Below are positions 8,605 to 20,003 of a DNA stretch of 64,000 bases, one piece after another. Numbering within the stretch: the stretch's first letter is position 1; each line of letters opens with the position of its first letter. A program made the position numbers and the translations under genes. The notes under the pieces are model-generated. The model saw only the letters and a program-made list of their open reading frames with translations. It had not been told where the DNA came from and did no database searches. Source of the stretch: an uncultured Rivularia sp. (GTDB lineage Bacteria > Cyanobacteriota > Cyanobacteriia > Cyanobacteriales > Nostocaceae); the NCBI GenBank assembly GCA_963665115.1, contig OY762007.1:6272001-6336000 (forward strand). The letters run 5' to 3'.

Positions 8605-11367
8605 ATGTACAAAAGTAAAATGAATATCGGCAAAAAAAAGTTTATAAAAAAAAGTATTAATTCCAAACAAATTGTAACTAAAATTGAAAATCAAAAAATA
8701 GAAGATTGGCATACTATCGAAGCTGATTCTATTATCGAATCCTTGAATAGTTCTAAAACTCTGGGATTATCTAGCGAATCAGCTTCAGAAAAACTTCTGC
8801 GATACGGACAAAACCTTTTACCTGAGTCTGCAACCCGTTCGGAGTTAAGTATTTTTATCGAGCAATTTAAGTCACCACCAGTAGCTTTACTAACTGCTGC
8901 TGCGGTGGTTTCAACCGCAATGGGTGGCTGGGTTGATGCTTTGGTAATTATGGGGGTTGTAGGTATCAATGCAGTTATTGGCTATTTTACAGAAAGCCAA
9001 TCGGAAAAAATTATTCACTCTCTGAAAAAACATGACCGCCCATCTACTTTAGTTCTTAGAAATGGTAGTATAACTCAGGTAAACACTGAAAATATTGTTC
9101 CTGGAGATATTTTAGTTCTAAAGCCCGGTAGCTATATTGCAGCGGATGCCAGGTTAATTAAAACAGAAAATCTCAGCGTCGATGAATCGGCTTTAACTGG
9201 TGAAAGTATACCAGTGACTAAAGCAACTCAATCCCTTCACGGTGAAGATATTCCTCTTGCCGACCGGATAAATATGGTATACAAAGGCACCTTAGTGACT
9301 GGCGGACAAGGTATTGCTGTGGTGACTGCAACAGGTCAATTTACCGAACTAGGACAAATCCAACAATTGGTAGAAGAAGCTAGCGCTACAGATACTCCTC
9401 TAGCAAAACAACTCGATAAAGTTGGTAGTCAATTGGTTTTCCTTAGTAGCGGTATCTGCGTTGTTGTTTTTCTGATTGGACTACTGCGGGGCTACCCTTG
9501 GCTGACAATGCTGACGACATCTATATCCTTAGCTGTGGCAGCAGTTCCTGAAGGTTTATTGGCTGTAGCAACTACAACCCTGGCTTTAGGTATTCGAGAT
9601 ATGCGACGACATAACGTCCTTATCCGCAGCTTGAACGCAGTAGAAGCTTTGGGTTCGGTACAGAAGATTTGTTTGGATAAAACCGGCACAATTACGGAAA
9701 ACAGTATGTCAGTAGTTGAAATACATACTGATAGCCGAGTAATTCAAGTAAATAACGGTAAGTTTGTGAATGGTGAAAAAACAATTTATCTCAGTAATTG
9801 CGACGAATTTCTGCAATTGATTCGAGTATCGGTTCTTTGCAATGAAAGTAATGTGTTGCCACACTCAGATGGTGAATATATCGTTAATGGTTCTGCAACT
9901 GAAAATGCTTTAATTTATATGGCAATTGATGCCGGAATTGATGTTATTAGTCTCAGAGAAGATTATCCACTCACATATATTAATCAGCGCTCGGAAAATC
10001 GTAATATTATGAGTACGCTTCATGGTACTTCTGATGACCGTATATTAATTGCAGTCAAGGGAACACCAACAGAAATTTTACACCTGTGCAACCGGCAGAT
10101 CAAAGCAGGACAAGTAATTCCCCTTACAGAAGATGATAAATTAGCAATCGAAGTAGAAAATAAGCGAATGGCCGATAAAGCATTGCGCGTATTAGCAGCA
10201 GCTTATACCTATACCAACGAGTCGGAAAACAGCGAATATACTGAACAAAATCTTATCTGGTTGGGTTTAATTGCCATGACAGACCCTATTAGGAAAGGAG
10301 TCGAAGATTTAGTGAGTCAATTTCATCAAGCTGGAATTGATACCGTTATGATTACGGGGGATCAAACTGCTACCGCTTTCGCAATTGCTAAAGAATTGGA
10401 ACTAGCCAACCACAATCAACTGCAAATCCTCGATTCTACGGATATTAAAAACATTGAATCTGAAGAAAAAACAGCACTTTTTGACAAAGTAAATGTTTTT
10501 GCCAGAATTAGTCCTGCTAATAAGCTGCAAATTGTTCAAGCTTTGCAGTCAGCCGGACGAATTGTATCTATGACTGGCGATGGTATAAATGATGCCCCTG
10601 CTCTCAAAGCTGCGGATATAGGTGTGGCAATGGGAAATAGCGGTACTGATGCAGCCCGTGAAGTTGCCGATATCATTATTGCTGACGACAACTTGGAAAC
10701 TATGATTATTGCTGTGAGTCGGGGAAGAACTATTTACAACAACATTAGAAAATCGCTGCATTTTCTGCTTTCTACCAACCTCAGCGAAATTATGGTGATG
10801 CTAGCAGCGACGACTTTTGGTTTAGGACAACCTTTAAATGCGATACAGTTGCTATGGTTAAATTTAGTTACAGATATCTTTCCCGGTTTGGCACTTGCAT
10901 TAGAACCAAGCGAACCAGATGTTTTAAGTAAACCACCCCGCAATCCTGAAGAACCAATTATCAAAACATCAGACTTTGGTAATTTTATTGTTGAGTCTGG
11001 AAGCATAACTTTGAGTAGTTTAGCGGCTTATGGATACGGTATCAGCCAATATGGTATAGGTTTGCAAGCAAGTACCATTGCTTTTATGAGTCTGACACTT
11101 GGACAACTGCTTCATGCTTTGAGTTGTCGCTCCGATAAATACACCATATTTGATATTAGTAAACTACCGCAAAATCAATATTTGAATATTGCTCTTATTG
11201 GTTCCATTGGATTACAACTACTGTCAATTGGGGTTCCCCAACTGCGAACGCTATTAAGTCTGACGACCATTAGTATTGCGGATAGTATTGTAGTTAGTAG
11301 TAGTGCAATTTTACCATTGATATTTAATGAAATTAGAAAAAAAATAATTGTAGGTAAAAATGTTTGA
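8605..11367 (+). CDS. Cation-transporting P-type ATPase (type II, Ca2+-like)
   Basis: LTGES, PEGL, DKTGT, MITGD and TGDGINDAPALK motifs. Confidence 0.92.
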   Translation: MYKSKMNIGKKKFIKKSINSKQIVTKIENQKIEDWHTIEADSIIESLNSSKTLGLSSESASEKLLRYGQNLLPESATRSELSIFIEQFKSPPVALLTAAAVVSTAMGGWVDALVIMGVVGINAVIGYFTESQSEKIIHSLKKHDRPSTLVLRNGSITQVNTENIVPGDILVLKPGSYIAADARLIKTENLSVDESALTGESIPVTKATQSLHGEDIPLADRINMVYKGTLVTGGQGIAVVTATGQFTELGQIQQLVEEASATDTPLAKQLDKVGSQLVFLSSGICVVVFLIGLLRGYPWLTMLTTSISLAVAAVPEGLLAVATTTLALGIRDMRRHNVLIRSLNAVEALGSVQKICLDKTGTITENSMSVVEIHTDSRVIQVNNGKFVNGEKTIYLSNCDEFLQLIRVSVLCNESNVLPHSDGEYIVNGSATENALIYMAIDAGIDVISLREDYPLTYINQRSENRNIMSTLHGTSDDRILIAVKGTPTEILHLCNRQIKAGQVIPLTEDDKLAIEVENKRMADKALRVLAAAYTYTNESENSEYTEQNLIWLGLIAMTDPIRKGVEDLVSQFHQAGIDTVMITGDQTATAFAIAKELELANHNQLQILDSTDIKNIESEEKTALFDKVNVFARISPANKLQIVQALQSAGRIVSMTGDGINDAPALKAADIGVAMGNSGTDAAREVADIIIADDNLETMIIAVSRGRTIYNNIRKSLHFLLSTNLSEIMVMLAATTFGLGQPLNAIQLLWLNLVTDIFPGLALALEPSEPDVLSKPPRNPEEPIIKTSDFGNFIVESGSITLSSLAAYGYGISQYGIGLQASTIAFMSLTLGQLLHALSCRSDKYTIFDISKLPQNQYLNIALIGSIGLQLLSIGVPQLRTLLSLTTISIADSIVVSSSAILPLIFNEIRKKIIVGKNV

Positions 11368-11521
11368 AATTTTAAATAAGTATTACCAAAAAAACAGATT
11401 TAGATTTTTGGTTAATTATCTCAAAGAGCAAATTAATTAATAGATATTAGATTATTGTGATAAATGCAAAATAATTTACCAGCATTTTACAGACACAGCA
11501 GAAAAATATCAGATGTAACGA

Positions 11522-12343
11522 CTATACATCAATCATTTTCTTGTGAAAAAAGAAATATTTATTTTGTGTAATTATAACCACTGTCACCACAGCTAAAACA
11601 AGAGTAAATATACACTTACTTATCTGGTTAGCTTCAAATAGCTCCGATGAATAGTTTGCGAGTATGTGAAACAAAATAATTAGAGAAATACTTCGCCTAT
11701 TCTTGTAATACAAGTAATTCATGATAATAGCCAAGAGAATTATCCCCACAAAAAAGTTCACTGCGAATAGGGGATGATTTGCCCACAAAGAACTTTGGTA
11801 TGAATTTTTAATAAAAAAAGCTGGTAAATGCCAAACACTCCATAAAACACCAAAAATCATACTCGTTTTAAATAGGTTAAATTTACTGGCTAAACTATCA
11901 ACACCATAGCCTCTCCATCCCAGTTCCTCAAGTATTGGCACTAGAACTAATACAATCATACTTAAAATTACTTCGCCATCAAAGATTTTAAAATTTTCGG
12001 CAAATCGCAATTGTTCTAATGGCTGACCAAATACTATTGATATCAGGATTGAAAGCACCATAGCTATAGGTAAAACAAATAACGTAAATGGGATGTATTT
12101 TTTATTTATTAATCTTAGGTCGTAGATTCTTTTGATAAAATTAGCTCTAAAATGTTTATTACAAAAAACAAACATCATAACTAAAGCGGCAATGCATGGT
12201 CCCATATAAGTTAATAGTAAAAATATGATATTCTTATCTTCACCTTGATGACTTTGTACTGCCAGAATAAACCCATTTACCCACGTAATTGTAAATGCTA
12301 TTATAAAATAAAGTAGTGGTCTGTATTGATGTCTTTTCTTCAT
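11522..12343 (-). CDS. CPBP/Abi family intramembrane metalloprotease
   Basis: EELGWRG, WSVWH and H...N motifs; polytopic membrane protein. Confidence 0.88.
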   Translation of the reverse strand: MKKRHQYRPLLYFIIAFTITWVNGFILAVQSHQGEDKNIIFLLLTYMGPCIAALVMMFVFCNKHFRANFIKRIYDLRLINKKYIPFTLFVLPIAMVLSILISIVFGQPLEQLRFAENFKIFDGEVILSMIVLVLVPILEELGWRGYGVDSLASKFNLFKTSMIFGVLWSVWHLPAFFIKNSYQSSLWANHPLFAVNFFVGIILLAIIMNYLYYKNRRSISLIILFHILANYSSELFEANQISKCIFTLVLAVVTVVIITQNKYFFFHKKMIDV

Positions 12344-12684
12344 CTTCTACCTATCTTTTTTCTATTATTATTGAATAATATAATTAAACAAATAAGATGT
12401 TTGAGCAATTTTTATAATCCGCTTCGGAACCAAATCTAATCGCTAAAAAGCAGAATTATCTCCCTACCAGAAAATTAGCGAAAAAAAACTGCTTTCCGCA
12501 CCCTAAACTCTCACAAATTTTTACTGTATTTTTGTAGAATACTCCCGCTAGCTTAATACTTTGTATCCTTATCTTGATTGAGGATAAAAGTTTTTTTAGC
12601 TGAATTTATAGCTGAGAATCTATAAAAAATGAAGTAATTATGCTCTTTTCAGTGCGGAATGTGGGGCATAGAATTAATTAATTT

Positions 12685-13164
12685 TTATTTGACAACTAAC
12701 ACCGAACAACAAGCGTGGTGAATAACATAACTGCTGACACTACCTAGCAAAACTTCTGCTATCGCACTATGTCCTCTACTACCTAATACAATTAAATCAG
12801 CACCCCAAGATTGAGCAAACTCGCAGATTTTCTTCCCTGGCTCTCCAAGCTCATAGGTATATGATGCGGGAATTTTATGCATTCGTGCTTGCTGAGTGTA
12901 ATATTCCGACCATTCACTGACTTTTTGGATTTCTTGTTTTAATTCCTGTTGATAGTTTTTGTGTAAATTTCCATATATATTGATATCACCAATAGTACCA
13001 ATACCACCGATAGATGATACTTCTCGAACCATCATATTGCTATTTATACAATGCAATAATTTGATTTCGTTATCTTTTTCTTTTACTAAATCTAACGCTG
13101 TTTGAAAGACTTTTCCTGTTTGGTTAGATTTATCTAGAGCAACTAAAATCTTGCGATTAATCAT
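12685..13164 (-). CDS. Universal stress protein
   Basis: KILVALD; ADLIVLGSRG...LLGSVSSYVIHHA..SVLVV. Confidence 0.92.
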   Translation of the reverse strand: MINRKILVALDKSNQTGKVFQTALDLVKEKDNEIKLLHCINSNMMVREVSSIGGIGTIGDINIYGNLHKNYQQELKQEIQKVSEWSEYYTQQARMHKIPASYTYELGEPGKKICEFAQSWGADLIVLGSRGHSAIAEVLLGSVSSYVIHHACCSVLVVK

Positions 13165-13214
13165 GATTTCTCCTCACAGTAAATATTCAATACTTTTACT
13201 TTATAGATATAATT

Positions 13215-13280
13215 TGAAGAAAATGTGAGGATACAAATTCAAAGCTTCCTCACAAGTTCCTCAAATTATTCCCGTATAAA
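13215..13280. promoter_or_regulatory. Divergent CTCACA-box pair (13215-13229 minus, 13249-13263 plus) for usp and pflA-adhE
   Basis: Same 19-nt gap between boxes as the 437/471 pair; -10 elements TAAAGT and TATAAA 11 nt downstream. Confidence 0.75.
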
Positions 13281-13334
13281 TCAAAGTGAAGCGAATAAAA
13301 AGCTTCAATCTCTTGCGTGCTATGGGTAATAGCT

Positions 13335-14087
13335 ATGTTACATCCAGTATCTGAAGTTGCTACATTCGGTTACATCCACTCAGTTGAAACTTGTGGTACG
13401 GTGGATGGTCCTGGTATTCGTTTTATAATTTTTACTACAGGTTGTCCCCTACGTTGTTTGTATTGCAGTAATCCCGACTGTCGCTATCTGGAACATGGAA
13501 AACAGGTAACAGTTGATGAATTGATTGCTGAAATTAAAAAATATACTTCTTACATGAAAGCATCGGGTGGAGGTGTAACAATTAGCGGTGGTGAACCTTT
13601 ATTCCAACCAGAATTTGTTAGAGAAATTTTTCGACGCTGTAAAGAATTAGGAATACATACGGCTTTAGATACATCTGGATTTTGTAATTTAGAAACCGCA
13701 AAATCTGTATTAGAATTTGTAGATTTAGTATTGCTTGATATTAAATCATTTGAACCAGCTACTTACACCAAAGTCACGGGAGTTGATATCAAACCAACGC
13801 TAATTCTTGCTAAATACTTGAGTGATATTAATAAGCCAGCCTGGATTCGATTTGTATTGGTACCTGACTTAACAGATGATACGGACAATATAACCGGATT
13901 AGCCGATTTTATTTCTACCCTTAAAAATATTCAAAGAGTTGAAGTATTACCATTTCATAAAATGGGTGAATACAAATGGGAAGAACTAGGTTACGAATAC
14001 AAATTAAAAGAAACTCCAAGCCCCACCTCGGAACAGGTAGAAAAAGTATTAAATATCTTCCGCAGCAAAGGTATTTTCACTCTTTAA
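13335..14087 (+). CDS. pflA: Pyruvate formate-lyase activating enzyme (radical SAM)
   Basis: IHSVETCGTVDGPGIRF, CPLRCLYC (CxxxCxxC), SGGEP, LPFHKMGEYKW. Confidence 0.95.
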   Translation: MLHPVSEVATFGYIHSVETCGTVDGPGIRFIIFTTGCPLRCLYCSNPDCRYLEHGKQVTVDELIAEIKKYTSYMKASGGGVTISGGEPLFQPEFVREIFRRCKELGIHTALDTSGFCNLETAKSVLEFVDLVLLDIKSFEPATYTKVTGVDIKPTLILAKYLSDINKPAWIRFVLVPDLTDDTDNITGLADFISTLKNIQRVEVLPFHKMGEYKWEELGYEYKLKETPSPTSEQVEKVLNIFRSKGIFTL

Positions 14088-14131
14088 TTAAAACTTTGCC
14101 AAACTCTGCATTTCAATAAAGGAGTAAAATT

Positions 14132-16837
14132 ATGCAAGTTACCAATATTCAAGAATTAGAGTTACTAGTAGAAAACGTCAAAGCAGCACAAGAAAAATAC
14201 GCTACATATTCTCAAGAGAAAGTTGATTTTATTTTTAAACACGCAGCATTAGCAGCCAATAATCAAAGAATACCTTTAGCAAAATTGGCTGTTTCTGAAA
14301 CAGAAATGGGTATTATAGAAGATAAAGTAATTAAAAACCACTTTGCATCGGAATATATTTATAACAAATATAAGCATGAAAAAACCTGCGGTCTTATCGA
14401 AGAAGATAGAAGTTTTGGTATTCAAAAAATAGCCGAACCAGTAGGAATTATTGCTGGAATTGTTCCCGTAACTAACCCTACATCTACAACTATTTTTAAA
14501 GCATTGATAGCTCTCAAAACCCGCAATGGAATTATTCTTTCTCCCCATCCTAAAGCTAAAAAATGCACCATAGAAGCAGTAAAAATTATCTTAGAAGCAG
14601 CAGTTTCTGCTGGTGCGCCAGAAAATATTATCGGTTGGATTGACGAACCAACGGTAGAATTATCCCAAGCATTAATGCAGCATTCCGATATCAAACTAAT
14701 TTTAGCAACTGGCGGACCGGGAATGGTACATGCTGCTTATTCTTCGGGACATCCATCATTAGGTGTAGGAGCAGGAAATACTCCTGCGGTAATTGACAAA
14801 TCGGCTGATATTCAAACTGCTGTCAGTTCGATTTTGTTGAGTAAAACTTTTGATAATGGAATGATTTGTGCTTCGGAACAATCTGTAATTATTGTTGATG
14901 ATATTTACGAACAAGTTAAACAGGAATTTATGTGTCGGGGTGCATATTTTCTCAACGATACAGAAAAAAGCCAACTGGGTAATGTAATTTTAAAGGAAGG
15001 AAGATTAAATCCAGCAATTGTCGGACAGTCGGTAGAAAAGATAGCTCAATTAGCAGGATTTAAACTCAAAAGTGAAGTTTCTGGATGTGGAAAAGATACT
15101 TATTGTCCGCTACCAAGTAGCTATAAAACTTTAATTGCTGAAGTAGAAGACATTGGTAAATCAGAACCTTTTGCTTATGAAAAATTATCGCCAATTTTAG
15201 CAATGTATCGAGCAACAAACTTTCATGAAGCAGTTGCTAAAGCCGAAAGCTTGATTGAATTTGGCGGTCCCGGACATACTGCCGTATTGTATACCAATCC
15301 AGCTAATTACGATGATATTACTTATTTCGAGAATGCAATTAAAACGGGAAGAGTTTTGATAAATACACCATCTTCTCAAGGTGCAATCGGTGATTTATAT
15401 AATTTCAAATTAGACCCATCTCTAACTTTGGGTTGTGGAACTTGGGGTGGTAATACAATATCCGATAACGTCGCACCCCATCACCTACTAAATATTAAAA
15501 CAGTATCCCAGCGTCGGGAAAATATGCTGTGGTTCCGCGTTCCCCCAAAAATTTATTTTAAATCTGGTTGTTTACCTGTAGCTTTAGGAGATTTAACTGG
15601 TAAAAAACGAGCATTTATTGTTACGGATAAACCATTGTTTGATTTAGGAATTGTCGATAGTGTCACCAAGGTTTTAGAGGAAATCGGCATCAAATACGAT
15701 ATATTCCACGAGGTTGAACCAGACCCCAATTTATCTAATGTTAAACAGGGTTTAGCATTATTAAACAATTATCAACCAGATGTAATTATTGCTATTGGTG
15801 GTGGTTCACCGATGGATGCAGCTAAAGTTATGTGGTTGATGTACGAACATCCCGAGGTGGAATTTGCTGGTTTAGCAATGCGATTTATGGATATTCGTAA
15901 GCGAGTTTATGAACTACCATCCTTGGGACAAAAAGCAATGTTAGTCGCTATTCCTACGACTTCCGGTACTGGTTCGGAGGTAACGCCATTTGCAGTTGTC
16001 ACCGACGAAAAAGCAGGAGTTAAGTATCCTTTAGCAGATTATTCCCTAACACCAAATATGGCAATTGTAGACCCAGAATTGGTTTTAAATATGCCAACAA
16101 AGTTAACTGCATACGGTGGCATTGATGCTTTAACTCATGCACTAGAATCTTATGTTTCGGTAATGGCTACTGAGTTTACCGATGGATTAGCATTACAGGC
16201 AATAGATTTACTATTTAAATACTTGCCCAGAGCCTATAAAAATGGCAAAAATGACCCCGAAGCGCGGGAAAAAGTTCATTATGCAGCAACAATTGCAGGA
16301 ATGGCATTTGCTAATGCTTTCTTAGGAGTTTGTCATTCAATGGCTCATAAATTAGGAGCAACTTTTCACGTACCCCACGGCTTAGCAAATGCGCTGATGA
16401 TTTCCCATGTAATTCGTTACAATGCTACCGATATTCCTTTCAAACAAGCTATTTTTCCACAGTACAAATATCCCCACGCCAAACAGCGTTATGGTGAAAT
16501 TACAGATTTCTTGGGATTGGGTGGAAATACCCTTGATGAAAAAATTGAAAAATTAGTGGAAGCGGTAGAAAATCTCAAGCATGAAGTTGATATTCCTTTA
16601 ACGATTAAAGAAACATTGGGAGATGATGAACAAGCTTTTTATAGTAGTTTAGAAACAATGGCAGAACAAGCATTTGATGACCAATGTACCGGAGCAAATC
16701 CCCGCTATCCGTTAATTAACGATTTGAAAGAATTGTACGTTTTAGCTTATCGCGGTTGTCGTACTGATGCGGCTTTTTATCATGTAGATGAATCGGATAA
16801 TTTGCAGTTGGAAGAAGTGAGGATGGGTAATGGGTAA
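14132..16837 (+). CDS. adhE: Bifunctional acetaldehyde-CoA/alcohol dehydrogenase
   Basis: ALDH part (SKTFDNGMICASEQ, TLGCGTWGGN) plus Fe-ADH part (GGGSPMDAAK, HSMAHK, HGLANA). Confidence 0.96.
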   Translation: MQVTNIQELELLVENVKAAQEKYATYSQEKVDFIFKHAALAANNQRIPLAKLAVSETEMGIIEDKVIKNHFASEYIYNKYKHEKTCGLIEEDRSFGIQKIAEPVGIIAGIVPVTNPTSTTIFKALIALKTRNGIILSPHPKAKKCTIEAVKIILEAAVSAGAPENIIGWIDEPTVELSQALMQHSDIKLILATGGPGMVHAAYSSGHPSLGVGAGNTPAVIDKSADIQTAVSSILLSKTFDNGMICASEQSVIIVDDIYEQVKQEFMCRGAYFLNDTEKSQLGNVILKEGRLNPAIVGQSVEKIAQLAGFKLKSEVSGCGKDTYCPLPSSYKTLIAEVEDIGKSEPFAYEKLSPILAMYRATNFHEAVAKAESLIEFGGPGHTAVLYTNPANYDDITYFENAIKTGRVLINTPSSQGAIGDLYNFKLDPSLTLGCGTWGGNTISDNVAPHHLLNIKTVSQRRENMLWFRVPPKIYFKSGCLPVALGDLTGKKRAFIVTDKPLFDLGIVDSVTKVLEEIGIKYDIFHEVEPDPNLSNVKQGLALLNNYQPDVIIAIGGGSPMDAAKVMWLMYEHPEVEFAGLAMRFMDIRKRVYELPSLGQKAMLVAIPTTSGTGSEVTPFAVVTDEKAGVKYPLADYSLTPNMAIVDPELVLNMPTKLTAYGGIDALTHALESYVSVMATEFTDGLALQAIDLLFKYLPRAYKNGKNDPEAREKVHYAATIAGMAFANAFLGVCHSMAHKLGATFHVPHGLANALMISHVIRYNATDIPFKQAIFPQYKYPHAKQRYGEITDFLGLGGNTLDEKIEKLVEAVENLKHEVDIPLTIKETLGDDEQAFYSSLETMAEQAFDDQCTGANPRYPLINDLKELYVLAYRGCRTDAAFYHVDESDNLQLEEVRMGNG

Positions 16838-16977
16838 TTGGTAATTGGTAATTGGTAATTGGTAATTGGTAATTGGTAGTTGGTAATTGGTAATGGGTAA
16901 TAGGTGATTGGTAATTAGTGATTATCAACTCTTAACTCCTAACTCTTAACTCCTAACTCCTAACTCCTAACTCCTAA
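16824..16977. repeat. Adjacent STRR arrays (GGTAATT)n and (AACTCCT)n
   Basis: About 13 and 7 heptamer copies; the first overlaps the adhE stop. Confidence 0.9.
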
Positions 16978-17015
16978 TTACTCCCTACTTCCTATTTTCA
17001 AAACAGGAGTGATTT

Positions 17016-19766
17016 ATGCAACAAACAATTAAGATAGCCTCAGACCGTGCTTATGATATTCTTCGTTCCCAACATCACCCCTTAGATGCTATTTTTACAC
17101 CTAAAAACGTTGCGGTTATCGGTGCATCTGGGAAAGAAGGTAGCGTAGGACGTACTCTGTTGTGGAATCTCGTTAGCCATCCTTTTGGGGGAACGGTTTT
17201 TCCTGTTAATCCCAAACACAATAGCATTTTGGGTATCAAAGCCTACCCAAATATTGCCGCAGTTCCAGAAGTTATTGACTTAGCAATTATTGCTACTCCC
17301 GCTACAACTGTACCTAGTGTTATTGCTGAATGCGTAGATGCGGGAGTTAAAGGTGCAATTGTGGTTTCTGCTGGGTTTCGGGAAACGGGAACTACAGGAT
17401 TAGAACTAGAGCAGCAGGTGTTAGAACAAGTTCGTCGCTCTCAAATGCGGTTAATTGGTCCTAACTGTTTGGGAATTATTAATCCCCATATTGGCTTAAA
17501 TGCGAGCTTTGCTAGTGGTATGGCACTTCCTGGTAAAGTCGGATTTATCAGTCAGAGTGGGGCATTGTGTACGGCTATTTTAGATTGGAGTTTCCGCGAA
17601 AATGTCGGATTTAGTGCTTTTATTTCCATCGGTTCCATGCTCGATGTTGATTGGGGAGATTTAATTTATTACCTCGGCGACGACCCCCATACGGAAAGTA
17701 TTGTGATTTACATGGAATCTATCGGTAATGCTCGTTCTTTTCTTTCAGCTGCGCGGGAAGTTGCTTTAACCAAACCGATTATAGTCATCAAAGCCGGACG
17801 TACTGAAATTGCAGCCAAAGCCGCAACATCCCATACAGGTGCCTTAGCGGGAAGCGACGCGGTATTTGATGCAGCCTTAAGACGCTGTGGGGTATTGCGA
17901 GTTAATCGCATTTCTGAATTATTCGATATGTCAGAGGTGTTGTCAAAACAACCCCGTCCCAAAGGTAAACGAATGACAATTATTACTAATGCTGGGGGAC
18001 CTGGGGTTTTAGCTACAGATGCGTTAATTTCTGGAGGGGGAGAACTGGCTGAGTTAACCGTTGAAACTCGCGATGCTTTGGATAAATTATTACCTGCAAA
18101 TGCTAGCTGCAATAACCCAATTGATTTATTAGGAGATGCAGATTATAAGCGTTACGAAAATGCTTTAAAAATTGTCAGTCAAGATAAAAATACTGATGCA
18201 ATTTTGGTAATTTTAACACCGCAGGCAATGACAAACCCTACCAAAATAGCAGAAGTTTTAACAGCTTGTGCCAAAAGCAATAAACCAATTTTAGCAAGTT
18301 GGATGGGTAACTCAGAAATCCAAGCTGGGGCAGAAATTCTCAATCAAGCCGCAATTTCCACGTTTCCCTATCCCGATACTGCTGCCCGAATTTTTAATTA
18401 TATGTGGCGCTATAGTTATAATTTGCGTAGTTTATACGAAACTCCAGTATTAGCTAATCCAGAAGTAGATTTTTTCCATTGTAATTTAGTTGAGAAAATC
18501 ATTGAGAAGGCACGTCGCGAAACAAGATATTTATTAACAGAAATTGAATCAAAAAAAATACTTGCAGCTTATGGAATTCCAACTGTAGAAACATATCTCG
18601 CAACAACAGTAGAATCCGCTATTCAAATAGCAGATAAAATTGGTTATCCGGTAGTAATGAAAGTTTATTCATATACCATTACCCATAAATCGGATGTGAA
18701 TGGAGTGCATTTAAATTTATGTTGCGCCGATGCTGTTAGAGAAGCATATCAAGCTATTCAAACATCGGTGACACAGAAAGTTGGTAGCAGCCATTTTGCT
18801 GGGGTGACAATTCAGCCAATGGTGAATTTAAAAAACAGCTATGAATTGATATTGGGTAGTAGTATAGATGCTCAATTTGGACAAGTTTTACTATTCGGTA
18901 CGGGAGGACAACTAGTTGAGGTATTTCAAGATAGAGCATTGGGATTACCTCCACTTAATACTACCTTGGCTCGGCGAATGATGGAACAAACTCAAATTTA
19001 CAAAGCATTAAAAGGAGTTAGAGGAAGAACATCTATTTCATTAGATAAATTAGAGCAGCTTTTAGTTCGTTTTAGTCAGTTAGTTGTAGAACAACCTGGG
19101 ATTAAGGAAATTGATATTAATCCGCTTTTAGCAAAACCAGGTATTGATGATTCATTGATAGCATTAGATGGAAGAATTGTACTGCACAATTTAGATGCGA
19201 ACATCGAAAAATTACCAAAACCTGCAATTCGTCCCTATCCAATCCAATATATCTCAACTTGGAAAATGCAAAACGGGATGGAAATTACTATACGTCCGAT
19301 TCGTCCCGAAGATGAGCCGTTAATGATTCAATTTCACCATGAATTATCACAGCAAAGCGTTTATTTTCGCTACTTTCATCTGATTAAAATTAGCCGACGT
19401 ATTGCTCACGAACGTTTAACAAGATTGTGCTTTATAGATTATGACCGAGAAATGGCTTTAGTCGCCGATTATTATAATCCTCAAACTCAAAAAAATGAAA
19501 TTTTAGCTGTTGCGAGATTAAGTAAACTACACCAAACAAATCAGGCTGAGTTTGCTTTGATAGTAGCAGATAAATATCAGTGTCAAGGAATAGGAAGCGA
19601 ATTACTAAAACGATTGTTGCAAATTGGGAAAGATGAGAAATTGAGCGAAATCAATGCAGAAATTTTGTTAGAAAATCTGGGGATGCAGCGAGTTTGTGAA
19701 AAACTAGGGTTTATTATTCAGCCTACAGATGATTGTTCTGTGGTTAAAGCTGCTATTGCTTTGTAA
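17016..19766 (+). CDS. Bifunctional acetate-CoA ligase (ADP-forming) family / GNAT acetyltransferase (Pat-like)
   Basis: CoA-binding [28 protein letters not shown]-grasp HKSDV..V, and a C-terminal GNAT (IRPIRPED...QGIG). Confidence 0.9.
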   Translation: MQQTIKIASDRAYDILRSQHHPLDAIFTPKNVAVIGASGKEGSVGRTLLWNLVSHPFGGTVFPVNPKHNSILGIKAYPNIAAVPEVIDLAIIATPATTVPSVIAECVDAGVKGAIVVSAGFRETGTTGLELEQQVLEQVRRSQMRLIGPNCLGIINPHIGLNASFASGMALPGKVGFISQSGALCTAILDWSFRENVGFSAFISIGSMLDVDWGDLIYYLGDDPHTESIVIYMESIGNARSFLSAAREVALTKPIIVIKAGRTEIAAKAATSHTGALAGSDAVFDAALRRCGVLRVNRISELFDMSEVLSKQPRPKGKRMTIITNAGGPGVLATDALISGGGELAELTVETRDALDKLLPANASCNNPIDLLGDADYKRYENALKIVSQDKNTDAILVILTPQAMTNPTKIAEVLTACAKSNKPILASWMGNSEIQAGAEILNQAAISTFPYPDTAARIFNYMWRYSYNLRSLYETPVLANPEVDFFHCNLVEKIIEKARRETRYLLTEIESKKILAAYGIPTVETYLATTVESAIQIADKIGYPVVMKVYSYTITHKSDVNGVHLNLCCADAVREAYQAIQTSVTQKVGSSHFAGVTIQPMVNLKNSYELILGSSIDAQFGQVLLFGTGGQLVEVFQDRALGLPPLNTTLARRMMEQTQIYKALKGVRGRTSISLDKLEQLLVRFSQLVVEQPGIKEIDINPLLAKPGIDDSLIALDGRIVLHNLDANIEKLPKPAIRPYPIQYISTWKMQNGMEITIRPIRPEDEPLMIQFHHELSQQSVYFRYFHLIKISRRIAHERLTRLCFIDYDREMALVADYYNPQTQKNEILAVARLSKLHQTNQAEFALIVADKYQCQGIGSELLKRLLQIGKDEKLSEINAEILLENLGMQRVCEKLGFIIQPTDDCSVVKAAIAL

Positions 19767-19805
19767 AAAAGTATCGTGTCATTATGCTTATCAGAATAAA
19801 ACTTC

Positions 19806-19837
19806 CTCACAAGATTCTCAAACTTATTTTTTAGATT
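19806..19837 (+). promoter_or_regulatory. CTCACA-box and -10 upstream of a small ORF
   Basis: CTCACAAGATTCTCA, 11 nt, TAGATT. Confidence 0.7.
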
Positions 19838-19883
19838 AATAATATACATTCCATATAAAGCATTTACATTGGAGGTAGCAAAG

Positions 19884-20003
19884 ATGGAATACTTTACACT
19901 AATACCATTTACAACAGATATTACATATCTAATTGTCAAACTCGCAGTACTGCTTGCGGTTCTATTAGTTTGGATGATAGTTATGACACATCCCGCTTAT
20001 TAA
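19884..20003 (+). CDS. Unannotated 39-aa single-helix membrane peptide
   Basis: MEYFTLIPFTTDITYLIVKLAVLLAVLLVWMIVMTHPAY*, with RBS GGAGG 8 nt upstream and its own motif-bearing promoter. Confidence 0.65.
   Translation: MEYFTLIPFTTDITYLIVKLAVLLAVLLVWMIVMTHPAY

Noticed and set aside
12510..12524. CTCACAAATTTTTAC as a box
   Set aside because: Second half-site missing and it points away from the nearest gene start
16716..16977. CRISPR array or a 70-aa ORF
   Set aside because: Spacer-less STRR heptamers; no repeat-spacer structure or cas genes seen in the window
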